DNA from: Mobula hypostoma | Lineage: Eukaryota | Length of the DNA stretch: 64,000 nt | Assembly (NCBI RefSeq): GCF_963921235.1 | Contig: NC_086108.1 | Location: 114,268,001 to 114,332,000, forward strand | Direction: 5' to 3' | Part shown: positions 39,401 to 52,998 of the stretch, piece after piece | Position numbering within the stretch: position 1 is the stretch's first letter | Layout of the letters: every line of letters starts with the position of its first letter | The notes under the pieces: generated by a model | The model's database searches: none | What the model was told of the DNA's origin: nothing | Seen by the model: the letters and a program-made list of their open reading frames with translations, nothing else | Position numbers and translations under genes: made by a program

Positions 39401-42400
39401 ACGGAGGACTTCATCCGTTTCCTCCGTCCAACGCGACACTACTTTTGACACCGTGACCTCCCGCTTCAGTTTCTGTTTGTAAGCCGGGAGGAGGAGTACG
39501 GCCTGATGGTCCGATTTTCCGAAGAGAGGTCATGGGACGGAACGGTAGGCATCTTTGACTGCTGTGTAGCAGTGGTCAAGTATATTCGGGCCTCTAGTGG
39601 GCAGGAGACATGTTGGTATAACTTTGGCAGCGCCTTTCTGAGGTTGGCCTGGTTAAAGTCCCCGGCTGTAATAAGCAAAGCCTCCGGATACCTGGTCTCA
39701 AGTTCACTGATGTTGGCATACAGTATGTTCAGAGCACACTCCACGTCTGCCTGGGGGGGAATGTAGACCGCTGTCAGTATGACCGAGGTGAATTCCCGTG
39801 GCAGATAGTAGGGACGACACTTCACCGACAGGTATTCCAGGTCTGGGCTGCAGAAGCTTGTCAGTGCCACTGTGTCTGAACACCACCCAGTGTTGATCAG
39901 TAGGCAGACACCACCTCCCCTCATCTTGCCCGAAGATGCCGCGCGGTCCATCCGATGGATCGAAAATCCCTCTGGTCGGATGGCACAGTTGGGGGCGGCA
40001 GGGGAGAGCCAGCTCTCGGTGAAACAGAATACACAGCAGTTCTGCATCTCCCTGCAGTAGGTGAGTCCACCTTGTTCTCTATGGCTTGCACATTAGCTAG
40101 TAGGATGGTGGGCATAGGGACCCTGAAGCCCCTCAGCTTCAATATGACCAGCACTCTTTTCCCATGCTTCCTCAGTAAATAGTGCATCTTTCCAGGTTTC
40201 CATTGATGCAGTGTGTTGTTGGCAGCTCTTTGAGGGTGGTGGACACATCCTGCGGGGATCGACCGGCGGGTCGCGTCGTCGAACGCTCCGGGTCGGGCCA
40301 AGTAACGGGGGAGGCTCTGCTGCCACTTCCTGCTGCCGGGGGCCCAGGCTGTCGACTGGGTCGGGCCCCGAAGCCGACACTTAGTCCTGGAGGGCCGGGC
40401 TCCTGGCTGAAACAAGTCCTTAAGCCGAGTCACGGTTGCGGAGGCCTCCGCTCCAGCCGAGCCTCGGGCTCGATTTCCGAGGTTGGTGGCGGAGGCCTTA
40501 CTTCCGGCAGCTGTGGATGGCCACCAACGGGGCTTTACGGCGGTCGCTCTGGGGAAGCATCTGCGGCACCTTGAGGTCTCCGACGTCACTTCTTTTTGGT
40601 CGTCTGCTCCGGAGAGGTGCTGGTCGGAATGGGCCGCGTCTCCAAGTGCACCAGCACGGTAGCAGGCCGCAGGTCTCCGGGAGCGTGGTGGGCCTTGGAC
40701 TAGGCCTCGTTGGTCGGGTCCAGGTGCAGTCCGGAGTTGAGGAAGCAGTTCTGGTGCGGTGATCTCCAGCTGGGTCAGTAGCTTCGCCAGGGTGTTGTTG
40801 ATCTTGCTAGATGTAGCAGATTGGAGGCTTAGAAGGGTTTCTCGGGTATAGTATAGTGTAGAGGGCTGTTTGCTCGGGAGAGCACGCGCAGAGTCACCAG
40901 ATACCGACGATATCTTGAAAACTGTGCTGCTCAGGGACCTGGCATTCACTGTGTACGTTTGACCTCCCAAACTGAAATATGGTTGCCTGGATTAAACTCG
41001 TTCTCAAAGTCCAATGTACATTTATCAACAAGGTATGTATATAATATGCAACCTTGAGATTTATCTTCTGGCAGGTAGCCACAAAGCAAAGAAACATCAT
41101 AGAACCTGTTTAAAGAAAAAAAACACACCCAACATGTGGGAAAAAGGAACAAGTTGTGCAAACAATAAAAAGTAAACAAATAACACAGAACATGAAGCGC
41201 AGAGTCCCTGAAAGCAGATCCACAGCCACAGAGCCACTGAGCTGAGTGAAGCTGGTCCAGGACCCACACCAGCAGGTTCAGGAACAGTTATTACCCCTCA
41301 GCCATCAGGAAGGAGGTACAGGAGCCTCAGGACCCACACCGCCAGGTTCAGGAATAGTTATTACCCCTCAACCATCAGGTCCCACACCGCCAGGTTCAGG
41401 AACAGTTATTACCATCAGGCTTCTGAAGCAGAGGGGATAACTTCACTCACCCCAACACTGAACTGTTCCCAAAACCTGTGGACTCAATTTCAATGGCTCA
41501 TCATCTCATGAGTATGCCTGCAAGGAAATGGATCTCAGAGATGCATATGGTGACATATATGTACTTTGATAAACCTTTACTTTGAACTTTTTGAACGTTG
41601 CAGAGCCTGATGGCTGCAGACCACAGCTAGAGAGATAGTTCACTGTCAGGGTGAGTACCAATGGTTGTAGACCACAGCTACAGAGATAATTCAGTGTCGA
41701 AGTGCTAAAATCAAACCTCACAAATAGTAAAAAAAAAAGGAAACAAAAACACCTGGAACAAAAACAGCAGAGTACCCGAAAGTGAGAAATCTACCATTTC
41801 TTGCCCTCACTTTCATAAGACCATAAGACATGGGAGCAGAATTAGCCCATTCACCCCATGAGTCCACTCCATCATTCTACCTTGGCTGATCCCAGATTCC
41901 TCCCACTCAACCCCATCCACCTGATCTCTCATCAGATCCTTTGGTGCCCTGATCAACCAGGAATCTATCAACTTCTGCTTTGAATATACCCATGGACTTG
42001 GCCTCCACCACAATCTGTGGCAGAGTTTTCCACAGATTCACTACTCTTTGGCTGAAATGATCTCTCCTGTTCTAAAAGGTCGTCTCTCAATTTTGAGGCT
42101 GCGCTGTAGTTCTGGATACCTCCACCAGAGAACACATCCTCGCCACATCCACCTTATCTAGTCCTTTCAATATTCAGTAGGTTTCAATGAGATCCCCCTC
42201 GCATCCTTCTAAATTCCAGTGAGTACATGCCCAAAGCTGCCAAATGATCCTCATATGTTAACTCCTTCATTTCTGGAATCATTTTCGTGAACCTCTACTG
42301 GACTGTCTCCAATGACAACACATCCTTTCTGAGATACGAGGCCCAAAACTGTTGACAATACTCCTTGAAAGGGAAGTCCAACTGATCTACATCTTGCTGA

Positions 42401-45400
42401 ATCCTTTGACCACCGCCCTTCCCTCATCAATTATCTTCATCACCCCCTTAAATTGCTCAATCAATTTTGTAAGACCAGACATATTGTGACAGGAAGGGGA
42501 AAGAGGTGAAGGAGCCAGTGCAGAGTACCCCTGTGACCGTCCCCCTCAACAACAGGTATCTCACTTTGGGGGGGGATGACCTAACAGGAAAGTCACAGTG
42601 GTCGGGTTTCTGGAACTGACACTGCCTCTGTGACTCAGATGGGAAGGGGGAAGAAGAGGCACGGTGTGGTGACAGGGGTTTCATTAGAGGAACAGATAGA
42701 AGGTTCTGTAGGAATGAACGAGATTTCCAGATGGTATGTTGCATCCCTCGTGCCAAGGTCTGGGATATCTCAGATTGAGTGATCAGCATTCTAAAGAGGG
42801 AGGGTGAACAGCCAGAAGTCGTAGTCCATGTAGGTACCAAAGACATGGTTAGGATGAGTGATGAGGTTCTGCATAGGGTTCTGATCTGAGTTGCTACCCA
42901 TGCCATGTGCTAGTGAGGCCAGAACTAGGAAGATTATATAGTTTACTATGTGGCTAAGGAGGTGGTGTAGGAGGAAGGGTATAAGATTTTTGGATCATTG
43001 GCCTCTCTTCCAGGGAAAGTGGGATCTGCACAGAAGGGTCGGTTTGCACCTGAACTGGAAGGGGACTAATATCCTTGAGGGAAGGTTTGTTAATGCTGCA
43101 TGGTGGAGTTTAAACTAGAGTTGCAGGGGTCTGGGAACCAGAGTGCTAGAACTGTTAGTGGAGAGGTGGTGAAGGCAGATGTTGGTAAGACCTCCGACAA
43201 AGTTAGGAATCAAAAGTTTGAGCATGGTGTGAATGATGTCCTGAGCTGCATATATTTCAATGCAAGAAGAATCGTAGGAAAGGTGGATGATAGTGCTGAG
43301 GATGAGGTAGCTGATTTACAAACAGAGGCAAAGTGTAGTGAGGAGAGGCTGTTGAGGGGGCAAAATTGTAGTCAACAGGATGAGTTGCAATGTAGAAGGC
43401 AGATGAAATCAAAACGGGTGAATACAGGACTGAGGTGTTGCATCAAAATGCACAGTATACGGATAATGTAGATGAACTTGCAGCACAGTTGCAGATTGGC
43501 ATGTGTGTTGTGGGCATCACTGAATCATGGCTGAAAGATTATAGCCGGGGGCTTAATGTCTAAGGATACACATTGTAGTGAAAGGACAGGCAGGAAGATA
43601 GTGGGGGTGGCATTGCTCTGTTGGTAAAAAAATGAAATCAAATCATTAGAAAGAGGTGACATGGGGTGGGAAGGTGTTGAATCATTGTGGACAGAACTAG
43701 GGAGATGCAAGGGTAAAAAGACCCTAATGGGAGTTATATACAGACTCCCAAATAGTAATAAGGCCATGGCCTACAATTTACAATGGGAGATAGAAAATGT
43801 ATGCCAAAAGGGCAATGTTACAATAGTCTCCAACATGTAGGTAGATTGGGAAAATCAGGTTCATGCTGGATTACAGGATGGAGAATTTCTATAGTGCCAA
43901 CGAAATGGCTTTTTAGAGCAGCTCATGGTTGAGCTTACAAGAGGATCAGCTATTCTGGATCGGGTGTTGGGAAGTGGACCAGAATTGATTAGAGAGCTTA
44001 AGGTAAAGAACCCTTAGGAGTAAGTGATCATAATATGATCAAATTCATCCTGAAATTTGAGGAGAAGCTCAAATCAGATGTGTCAGTATTACAGTGGAGT
44101 AAAGGGAATTACAGATGCATGAGAGAGGAGTTAGTCAGAATTGATTGGAAAAGAACACTGGCAGGGATGATGGCAGAGCCACATAGCCACATAGAGCTGA
44201 TGGGAATTACTGGAAGCCATTCGGAAGGAACAGGATACAAACATCCCAAAGAGGAAGAAGTATTCTAAAGGAAAGATGGCACAACCATGGCTAACAGGAC
44301 AAGTCAACGCCAACATAAAAGCCAAATAGAGGGCATATAATAGAGAAAAAATTAGTGGGAAGTTAGAGAATTGGGAAGCTTTCAGATACCAACAAAAGGC
44401 AACTAAAAAGGTCATGAAAAATGTAAAGGTAGAATAGAAAGGTAAGCTAGTCAAAGTAGTAAAGAGGATACCAAAAGTTTCTCTGGATACATACAGTATA
44501 AAAGAGAGATGAGAGTGGCTATTGGACTCCTGGAAAATGATGCTGGAGAGGTACTAATGGGAAACAATGAAATAGCAGATGAACTGAATACGTATTTTGC
44601 TTCAGCCTCACAGTGAAAGACACTAGCAGTTTGGTAGAAGTTCTGGGTGTCAGACATCATGATGTGTGTGAAGTTACCATAACTAGAGAGAAGGTTCTTG
44701 GGAAACTGAAAACGTTTGAAGGTAGATAAGTCACCTGGACAAGATGGTGTACACCCCAGAGTTATGAAAGAGATGGCTGAAGAGATCGTGGAGGCATTAG
44801 TAATGATCTTTGAAGAATCTCTAGATTCTGGAATAGTTCTAGATGACTGGAAAATTACAAATGTCACTTTACTCTTCAAGAAGGGAGCAAGGAAGAAGAA
44901 AGGAAACTCTAGGCTAGTTAGTCTGAACTCAGTGGTTGGGAATATGTTGGAGACGATTAATACGGATGAGGTCTCATGGCACTTGGAGGCACATAATAAA
45001 AGAGACATGGTTTCCCCAAGAGAAAATATCGCCTGACAAATCTGTTGCAATTCTTTGAAGAAGTAGCAAGCAGGATAAACAAAGGAAAATTGGTTGATGT
45101 TTTGTACTTGGATTTTCAGAAGGCTTTTGATAAGGTGTCACACATGAGGCTTCTGAACAAGCAATGAGCCTATGGTATTAAAGGTAAGATTGTAGCATGG
45201 ATAAAGCAGTGGCTGATTGGCAGGAGGTGAAGAGTGGGGTCTTTTTCTGGCTGTCTGGCTGCAGGTGACTAGTGGTGCTCCACAGGGATCTGTGTTAGGA
45301 CCAATTCTTTTTATATTATATGTCAATGATTTGGGTGATGGAATTGATGGCTTTGTTGAAAGGTTTGCAGACAATATGAAGATAGGTGAAGGGGCATGAA

Positions 45401-48400
45401 AATGATTCCAGGATTAAGTGGCTTGTCATATGAAGAGCATTTGATGGCTCTGGGCCTGTATTCACTGGGATTCAGAAGAATGAAGGGTGACCTTATTGAA
45501 ACCTATCAAAAGATGAAAGGCCTTGACTGAGTGGATGTGGAGAAGACGTTTCCTATGGTGGGAGAAACTACAACCAGAGGACACAACCTCTGAATAGAGT
45601 GTAGTTCCTTTAGAACAGAGATGAGGAAGAATTTCTTCAGCCAGAGACTGGTGGATCTGAGGAATTCTTTGCCACAGGCAGCTGTGGAGGCAAACACTTT
45701 ATGTATATTTAGGGCAGACGTTGATAGATTCTTGATTGGTCAGGGCATGAAGAAGGCTGGAGATTGGGGCTGAGAAGGAAAATTGGATCAGCCATGATGA
45801 AATTGTGGAGCCTAATTCTGTTCCGATATCCCATGGTCTTACGGTGTTATATCAGTGCAGAGAGAATTGAAATCAGAATCAGAATCTCTGGCACACGGTG
45901 TGAAATTTGTTGTTTTGTGGCACCAGTACATTGCACTGTTCTAATGGTACATCTATAAATTACAATATGAAATATATATATAAAAATAAATTCAGTAAGC
46001 AGTGCAAGACAGTGTGTTCAGTGAATCATGATTAGGTTTTCGTCATGAAGTTTGTTGTTTCGAGGCAGCGATACAGTGCAATACGTAACAATAAAAAACT
46101 AAATTACAATAAGAAATATATATTAAAAACTTAAAGGAGGAGTGTAAAAGGAGAGCATTAAAAAATATAGTGAGGTAGGGATCGTGGCTCATAGTTCATT
46201 CAGAAATCTGATGGCAGAGGGGAAGAAGCTGTTCCTGCAACATTGAGTGTGTGTCTTCAGGCTCCTGTAGCTCCTCAGTGGTAGAAATGAGAAGAGGGTA
46301 CTGGGTGATGGGTGCTGTCTTTTGAAGGTGTCCTCGATGCTGGGGAGGCTAGAACCCATGACTGAGCTGGCTATTTACAACTCTCTGCAAGTTTTTCTGA
46401 TCCTGTGCAGCGCATCCCTCCCCCGCCCCCCATACCAGACGGAGAACTATCAGAATTGGATAGCGACTGAGAAAGGGGATATGGGGAGAGTATGTGGTGG
46501 GGCGCTGACTGCGGGAGAAGGGGAAGGTTTACATTTGCGTAGGGACTTTCACAAGCCTCAACGTGCTCCACAGCTGCTGCAATGCTAATGCCATTTTCTG
46601 GTCACGGCTGCCCTCAGCGTTGGAACCCTTGGACTAACCCGGCCTTCCTGCACACTGTTGGCACTTCCCCAGGGAGGCATTAATTCCTTAACGACTAATC
46701 AGCTGCGGTTCAAACTGACTCACAACAAGAGATCATAGCAGTGCTGGGGTTTATAGACATTGCCCACATCTGCACTGTGGGTGTCACAGAGCTTAGAGGC
46801 AGGAGCCCTTTGATCTGCAGGGGCAGATATCCGATCACTGCAAGACTGAATTTGGTGGAAGCTTACTTAGGACAGATTTGTTGGCCTATTGGCATCACAC
46901 TAACAGCCACGGGAGCAGTACAGAGAGTCACACTGTGGGAGGGGTGGTACTGAGGGAGGGTCACACTGTGGGAGGGGTGGTACTGAGGGAGAGTCACACT
47001 GTGGGAGGGGTGGTACTGAGGGAGGGTCACACTGTGGGAGGGGTGGTACTGAAGGAGGGTCACACTGAGGGAGCGTCACAATGTGGGAGGCGTGGTACTG
47101 AGGGAGGGTCACACTGTGGGAGGGGTGGTACTGAGGGAGAGTCACACTGAGGGAGGGGTGGTACTGAAGTAGGGTCACACTGTGGGGGGGTGATACTGAG
47201 GGAGGGTCACACTGTGGGAGGGGTGGTACTGAGGGAAGGTCACACTGTGGGAGGGGTGGTACTGAGGGAGAGTCACACTGTGGGAGGGGTGGTACTGAGG
47301 GAGGGTCACACTGTGGGAGGGGTGGTACTGAAGGAGGGTCACACTGAGGGAGCGTCACAATGTGGGAGGCGTGGTACTGAGGGAGGGTCACACTGTGGGA
47401 GGGGTGGTACTGAGGGAGAGTCACACTGAGGGAGGGGTGGTACTGAAGTAGGGTCACACTGTGGGGGGGTGATACTGAGGGAGGGTCACACTGTGGGGGG
47501 GTGATACTGAGGGAGGGTCACACTATGGAGGGGTGGTACTGAGTGAGGGTCACACTCTGGGGGGGTGGTACTGAGGGAGGGTCACACTGTGAGAGGGGTG
47601 GTACTGAGGGAGGGTCACACTGTGGGGGGGGTGGTACTGAAGGAGGGTCACACTGTGGGGGGGGTGGTACTGAGGGAGAGTCACACTGTGGGAGGGGTGG
47701 TACTGAAGTAGGGTCACACTGTGGGGGGGTGATACTGAGGGAGGGTCACTCTGTGGGAGGGGTGGTACTGAAGTAGGGTCACACTGTGGGAGGGGTGTTA
47801 CTGAGGGAGTGTCAACCTGTGGGAGGGGTGGTACTGAGGGAGGGTCACACTCTGGGGGGGTGGTACTGAGGGAGGGTCACACTGTGGGAGGGGTGGTACT
47901 GAGTGAGGGTCACACTCTGGGGGGGTGGTACTGAGGGAGGGTCACACTCTGGGGGGGTGGTACTGAGGGAGGGTCACACTCTGGGGGGGTGTTACTGAGG
48001 GAGAGTCAACCTGTGGGAGGGGTGATACTGAGGGAGTGTCAACCTGTGGGAGGGGTGATACTGAAGGAGGGTCACACTGTGGGAGGGGTGATACTGAGGG
48101 AGAGTCACACTGAGGGAGGGGTGGTACTGAAGGAGGGTCACACTGTGGGAGGGGTGATACTGAGGGACGGATGCTGCACTATGAGAGGGGCAGGTTAGAC
48201 AGAAGTTTAAAGTTCAAAGTACATGTACTCTGAACTGTGCATTTCGGTTGGTGACGTGTCCCTCGCACAGTTACCCACTGAGCAGCATCAGAAAGGGAGT
48301 GAATTAAAGGAAAGTTGAGGGTCTGTACACTGCTGCTGTCTGTAATCTTGCTTCAACCACTTCTAATGCTGTGCTTTCCACACGGAGACGTTATTAACCC

Positions 48401-51400
48401 ACACCTCTCACCCTGAACTGATCATGCTATCTACCTAACGTTTAGCCTGGTATTGAGTGAGAAATGTAACCCACCTTCCGTCCATTACAGGGGAATAAAT
48501 TACGTGCTTGACGCTCGGGAGGTTGGGATGAAGATATTTGAGGACTACACCAACTCTTGGTTCTGGATTTTGATGTGAGTACTGGCCAGATAGGACAAGA
48601 CATTGTTGTGTCTCCGCAGAGTGGGTTAAACCAGGCTCTCTGCTCCGGATTCAGCAGCAAGAATCCCAGATCAAATTTCAGCTTCCACTCCAGGGATGCC
48701 AGAATAATTCCAGAATCTTCCCAAGGTGGGGACACGCTATGGAGGGGTGGTACTGAGGGAGGTTCACACTGTGAGAGGGGTGGTACTGAGGGAGGTTCAC
48801 ACTGTGAGAGGGGTGGTACTGAGGGAGGGTCACACTGTAGGAGGGGTGGTACTGAGGGAGGGTCACACTGTGGGAGGGGTGGTACTGAGGGAGGTTCACA
48901 CTGTGAGAGGGGTGGTACTGAGGGAGGGTCACACTGTGGGAGGGGCGGTACTGAGGGAGGGTCACACTGTGGGAGGGGTGGTACTGAGGGAGGTTCACAC
49001 TGTGAGAGGGGTGGTACTGAGGGAGGGTCACACTGTGGGAGGGGTGGTACTGAGGGAGGTTCACACTGTGTGAGGGGTGGTACTGAGGGAGGGTCACACT
49101 GTGGGAGGGGCGGTACTGAGGGAGGGTCACACTGTGGGAGGGGTGGTACTGAGGGAGGTTCACACTGTGAGAGGGGTGGTACTGAGGGAGGGTCACACTG
49201 TAGGAGGGGTGGTACTGAGGGAGGGTCACACTGTGGGAGGGGTGGTACTGAGGGAGGGTCACACTGTGGGGGGGGTGGTACTGAGGGAGGGTCACACTGT
49301 GGGAGGGGTGGTACTGAGGGAGGGTCACACTGTGGGAGGGGTGGTACTGAGGGAGGGTCACACTGTGAGAGGGGTGGTACTGAGGGAGGGTCACACTGTG
49401 GGAGGGGTGGTACTGAGGGAGGTTCACACTGTGAGAGGGGTGGTACTGAGGGAGGGTCACACTGTGGGAGGGGTGGTACTGAGGGAGAGTCACACTGTGG
49501 AGGGGTGGTACTGAGGGAGAGTCACACTGTGGGAGGGGTGGTACTGAGGGAGGGTCACACTATGGAGGGGTGGTACTGAGGGAGGGTCACACTGTGGGAG
49601 GGGTGGTACTGAGGGAGGTTCACACTGTGAGAGGGGTGGTACTGAGGGAGAGTCACACTGTGGGAGGGGTGGTACTGAGGGAGGGTCACACTGTGGGAGG
49701 GGTGGTACTGTGGGAGGGTCACACTTTGGGAGGGGTGGTACTGAGGGAGAGTCACACTGTGGGAGGGGTGGTACTGAGGGAGGGTCACACTATGGAGGGG
49801 TGGTACTGAGGGAGGGTCACACTGTGGGAGGGGTGGTACTGAGGGAGGTTCACACTGAGAGGGGTGGTACTGAGGGAGAGTCACACTGTGGGAGGGGTGG
49901 TACTGAGGGAGGGTCACACTGTGGGAGGGGTGGTACTGAGGGAGGGTCACACTTTGGGAGGGGTGGTACTGAGGGAGAGTCACACTGTGGGAGGGGTGGT
50001 ACTGAGGGAGGGTCACACTATGGAGGGGTGGTACTGAGGGAGGGTCACACTGTGGGAGGGGTGGTACTGAGGGAGGTTCCCGCTGTGAGAGGGGTGGTAC
50101 TGAGGGAGGGTCACACTGTGGGAGGGGTGGTACTGAGGGAGGTTCACACTGTGGGAGGGGTGGTACTGAGGGAGGGTCACACTATGGAGGGGTGGTACTG
50201 AGGGAGGGTCACACTGTGGGAGGGGTGGTACTGAGGGAGAGTCACACTGTGGGAGGGGTGGTACTGAGGGAGGGTCACACTGAGGGAGCGTCACACTGTG
50301 GGAGGGATGGTACTGAGGGAGGGTCACACTGTGAGAGAGCAGGTACTGAGGGAGCGTCACACTGTGGGAGGGGTGGTACTGAGGGAGGGTCACACTGTGG
50401 GAGGGGTGGTACTGATGGAGGGTCACACTGTGGGAGGGGTGGTACTGAGGGAGGGTCACACTGTGGGAGGAGTGGTACTGAGGGAGGGTCACACTGTGGG
50501 TGGGGTAGAGTTGGTGCACACAGTGTCTATGGACACAATGGGGGACTTCTGTGAACAGTGGCCAAAAAGTATCGGGAAGAAGGGTAATGAACATAGAGCG
50601 TGGGTCAGTATATGGAACTGCGACGTTGTGGCCATTATGGAGACTTGTCTGTCACAATGGCAGGAATAGCTCTTGTATGTTTTGGGTTAAAGGACAGGGA
50701 GGAATGTGGAAGAGGTGGGGGAGTGGCATTGCTAGTGAGGGATAATATCACAGTTGCAGAAGGGGAGGACGTCATGGAGTGGTTATCTACTGAGTCAGTG
50801 CAGATGGAAGGTGGAAACTGGAATCACTCTGTTGGGAGTATCCTACAGAATCTCCCAATAACCACAGAGACACTGAGGAACAGAACAGGAGGCAGATTTT
50901 GTAAAGCTGCGGGGTGGTTGTCGTGGGGGACTTTAGCTTCCCTAATATTGATTGGCACCTGCTCAGCGCAAGAAGTTTAGATGTGATGGAATTTGCTCGC
51001 CTAGGTGTGTCCAGGAAAGATTGCTGATACAAATGTAGACAGGATGACTAAAGGAGTGGCCATACTGGATCTGGAGCAAGGCAATGAACCAGGTCAGGTG
51101 TCAGATCTCTCAGTGGGGAACATTTTGGAGGAAGTAACCACAACTCCCTGATTATTACCAGATCCTTGGATGGGTATAGGAGCAGACAGTATGGGAAAGT
51201 ATTTAATTGGGGGAGTGAGAATTATGATGCTATTGGGAACCTGGAAGAATAAACTGGGAATAATGTACTTGGGAAATGCACAATGGAAATATGGAAGTTG
51301 CGGCTGGGAAAGCATAGAAGGGTGGAGGAACCGTGGTTGATAAGAGATGTGTGGCATCTCGTCAAGATGCTCAGGAAGCTTAATGGTCTGAGGGTGGATA

Positions 51401-52937
51401 AATCTCCTGGACCTGATGGAATGCACCCTCGGGTTCTGAAGGAAGTAGCTGGAGAGATTACAGAGGCATTAACAATGATCTTTCAAGAATCAATAGAGTC
51501 TGGCATTGTACCGGATGACTGGAAAATTGCAAATGTTACTCCGCTATTTAAGAAGGGTGGGAGAAAGGAAACTATAGACTATAGATGTTAGCCTGATATC
51601 AGTGGTTGGGAAATTGTTGGAATTGATTGTTAGGGATGAGATTACAGAGTACCTGGAGGCACATGACAAGATAGGCCAGAGCCAGCATGGTTTCCTGAAA
51701 GGAAAATCGTCCTGGCCAAACCTATTGTAATTCTTTGAGGAAATTTCAAGTAGGGTAGACAAAGGAGATGCAGTAGACGTGGTGAACTTGGATTTTCAGA
51801 AGGCCTTTGACAAGGTACTGCACATGAGGCTGCTTAGCAAGATAAGAGCCCATGAAATTACAGGGAGGTTACTCACATGAATGGAGCATTGGCTGGTCGA
51901 CAGAAACCAGAGTGGGAATAAAAGGATCCTATCGTGGCTGGCTGCTGGTTACCAATGGAGTTCCACAAGGGTCGGAGTTGGGACCACTGCTTTTTACAAT
52001 GTATGTCAATGATTTAGACTATGTTATTAATGGATTTGTGACTATTACTTAGATGGGGAGAGAATTCAAAATGCAGAGATGCAAAGGGACTTGGGAGTCC
52101 TTGTGCAAGATACCCTAAAGGTTAACCTCTAGGTTAAGTCTGTTGTGAAGAAGGCGAATGTAATGTTGGTATTCATTTCTGGAGTTATAGAATATAAGAG
52201 CAGCGATATGATGTTGAGGCTTTATAAGGCACTCGTAAGACCATACTTGGAGTATTGTGTGCAGTTTTGGGCTCCTTATTTTAGAAAGGATATACTGACA
52301 TTGAGAGGGTTCAGAGAAGATTCATGAAAATGATTCCAGGAATGAAAGGGTTACTGTATGAGGAACGTCTGGCAGCTCTTGGGCTGTATTCCCTGGAGTT
52401 CAGGAGAATGAGGGGGTATATCATAGAAACATTCTGAATGTTAAAAGGCCTGAACAGATTAGATATGGCAAAGTTATTTCCCATGGTTGGGGATTCTAGG
52501 ACAAGAGGGCACGACTTCAGAATTGAAGGATGTCCTTTTAGAACTGAGATGCGGAGAAATTACTTTAGTCAGAGGGTGGTAAATCTGTGGAATTTGTTGC
52601 CACAAGCAGCTGTGGAGGCCAAGTCATTGGGAATATTTAAGGCAGAGATAGATGGGTACTTGATTAGCCAGGGCATCAAAGGGTATGGGGAGAAGGCAGG
52701 GGAGAGGGTATGACTGGAAGAATTGGATCAGCCCATGACTGAATGGCGGTGCAGGTTCGATGGGCCGAATGGCCTACTTTTGCTCCTATATCTTATAGTC
52801 TTATAAGAGGAAGAAAGAAGCTTCCCTAATGTTTAGGAATCAAGAATCAGGAGGAGTATATGAACCTGATGGCATGAACATTGACTTCCCTAACTTCCGT
52901 TAATGCCCCACCTCCCCCTCGTACCCCATCCATTATT

Positions 52938-52998
<61 letters not shown>

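Noticed and set aside
41262..41420. Three short direct repeats (cccacacc...aggttcaggaa.agttattacc)
   Set aside because: Local duplications in a Rex-type LINE 3' fragment
46660..46740. cccag followed by GINSL-like codons, a candidate alternative exon 7
   Set aside because: In the required phase it hits TAA after five codons and lacks KIFEDY; the true exon is 48491-48574
48557..50669. Gly-rich or His/Pro-rich repetitive ORFs (also at 23906-25214 and 46863-48198)
   Set aside because: Translations of the 33-bp minisatellite, open in multiple frames on both strands
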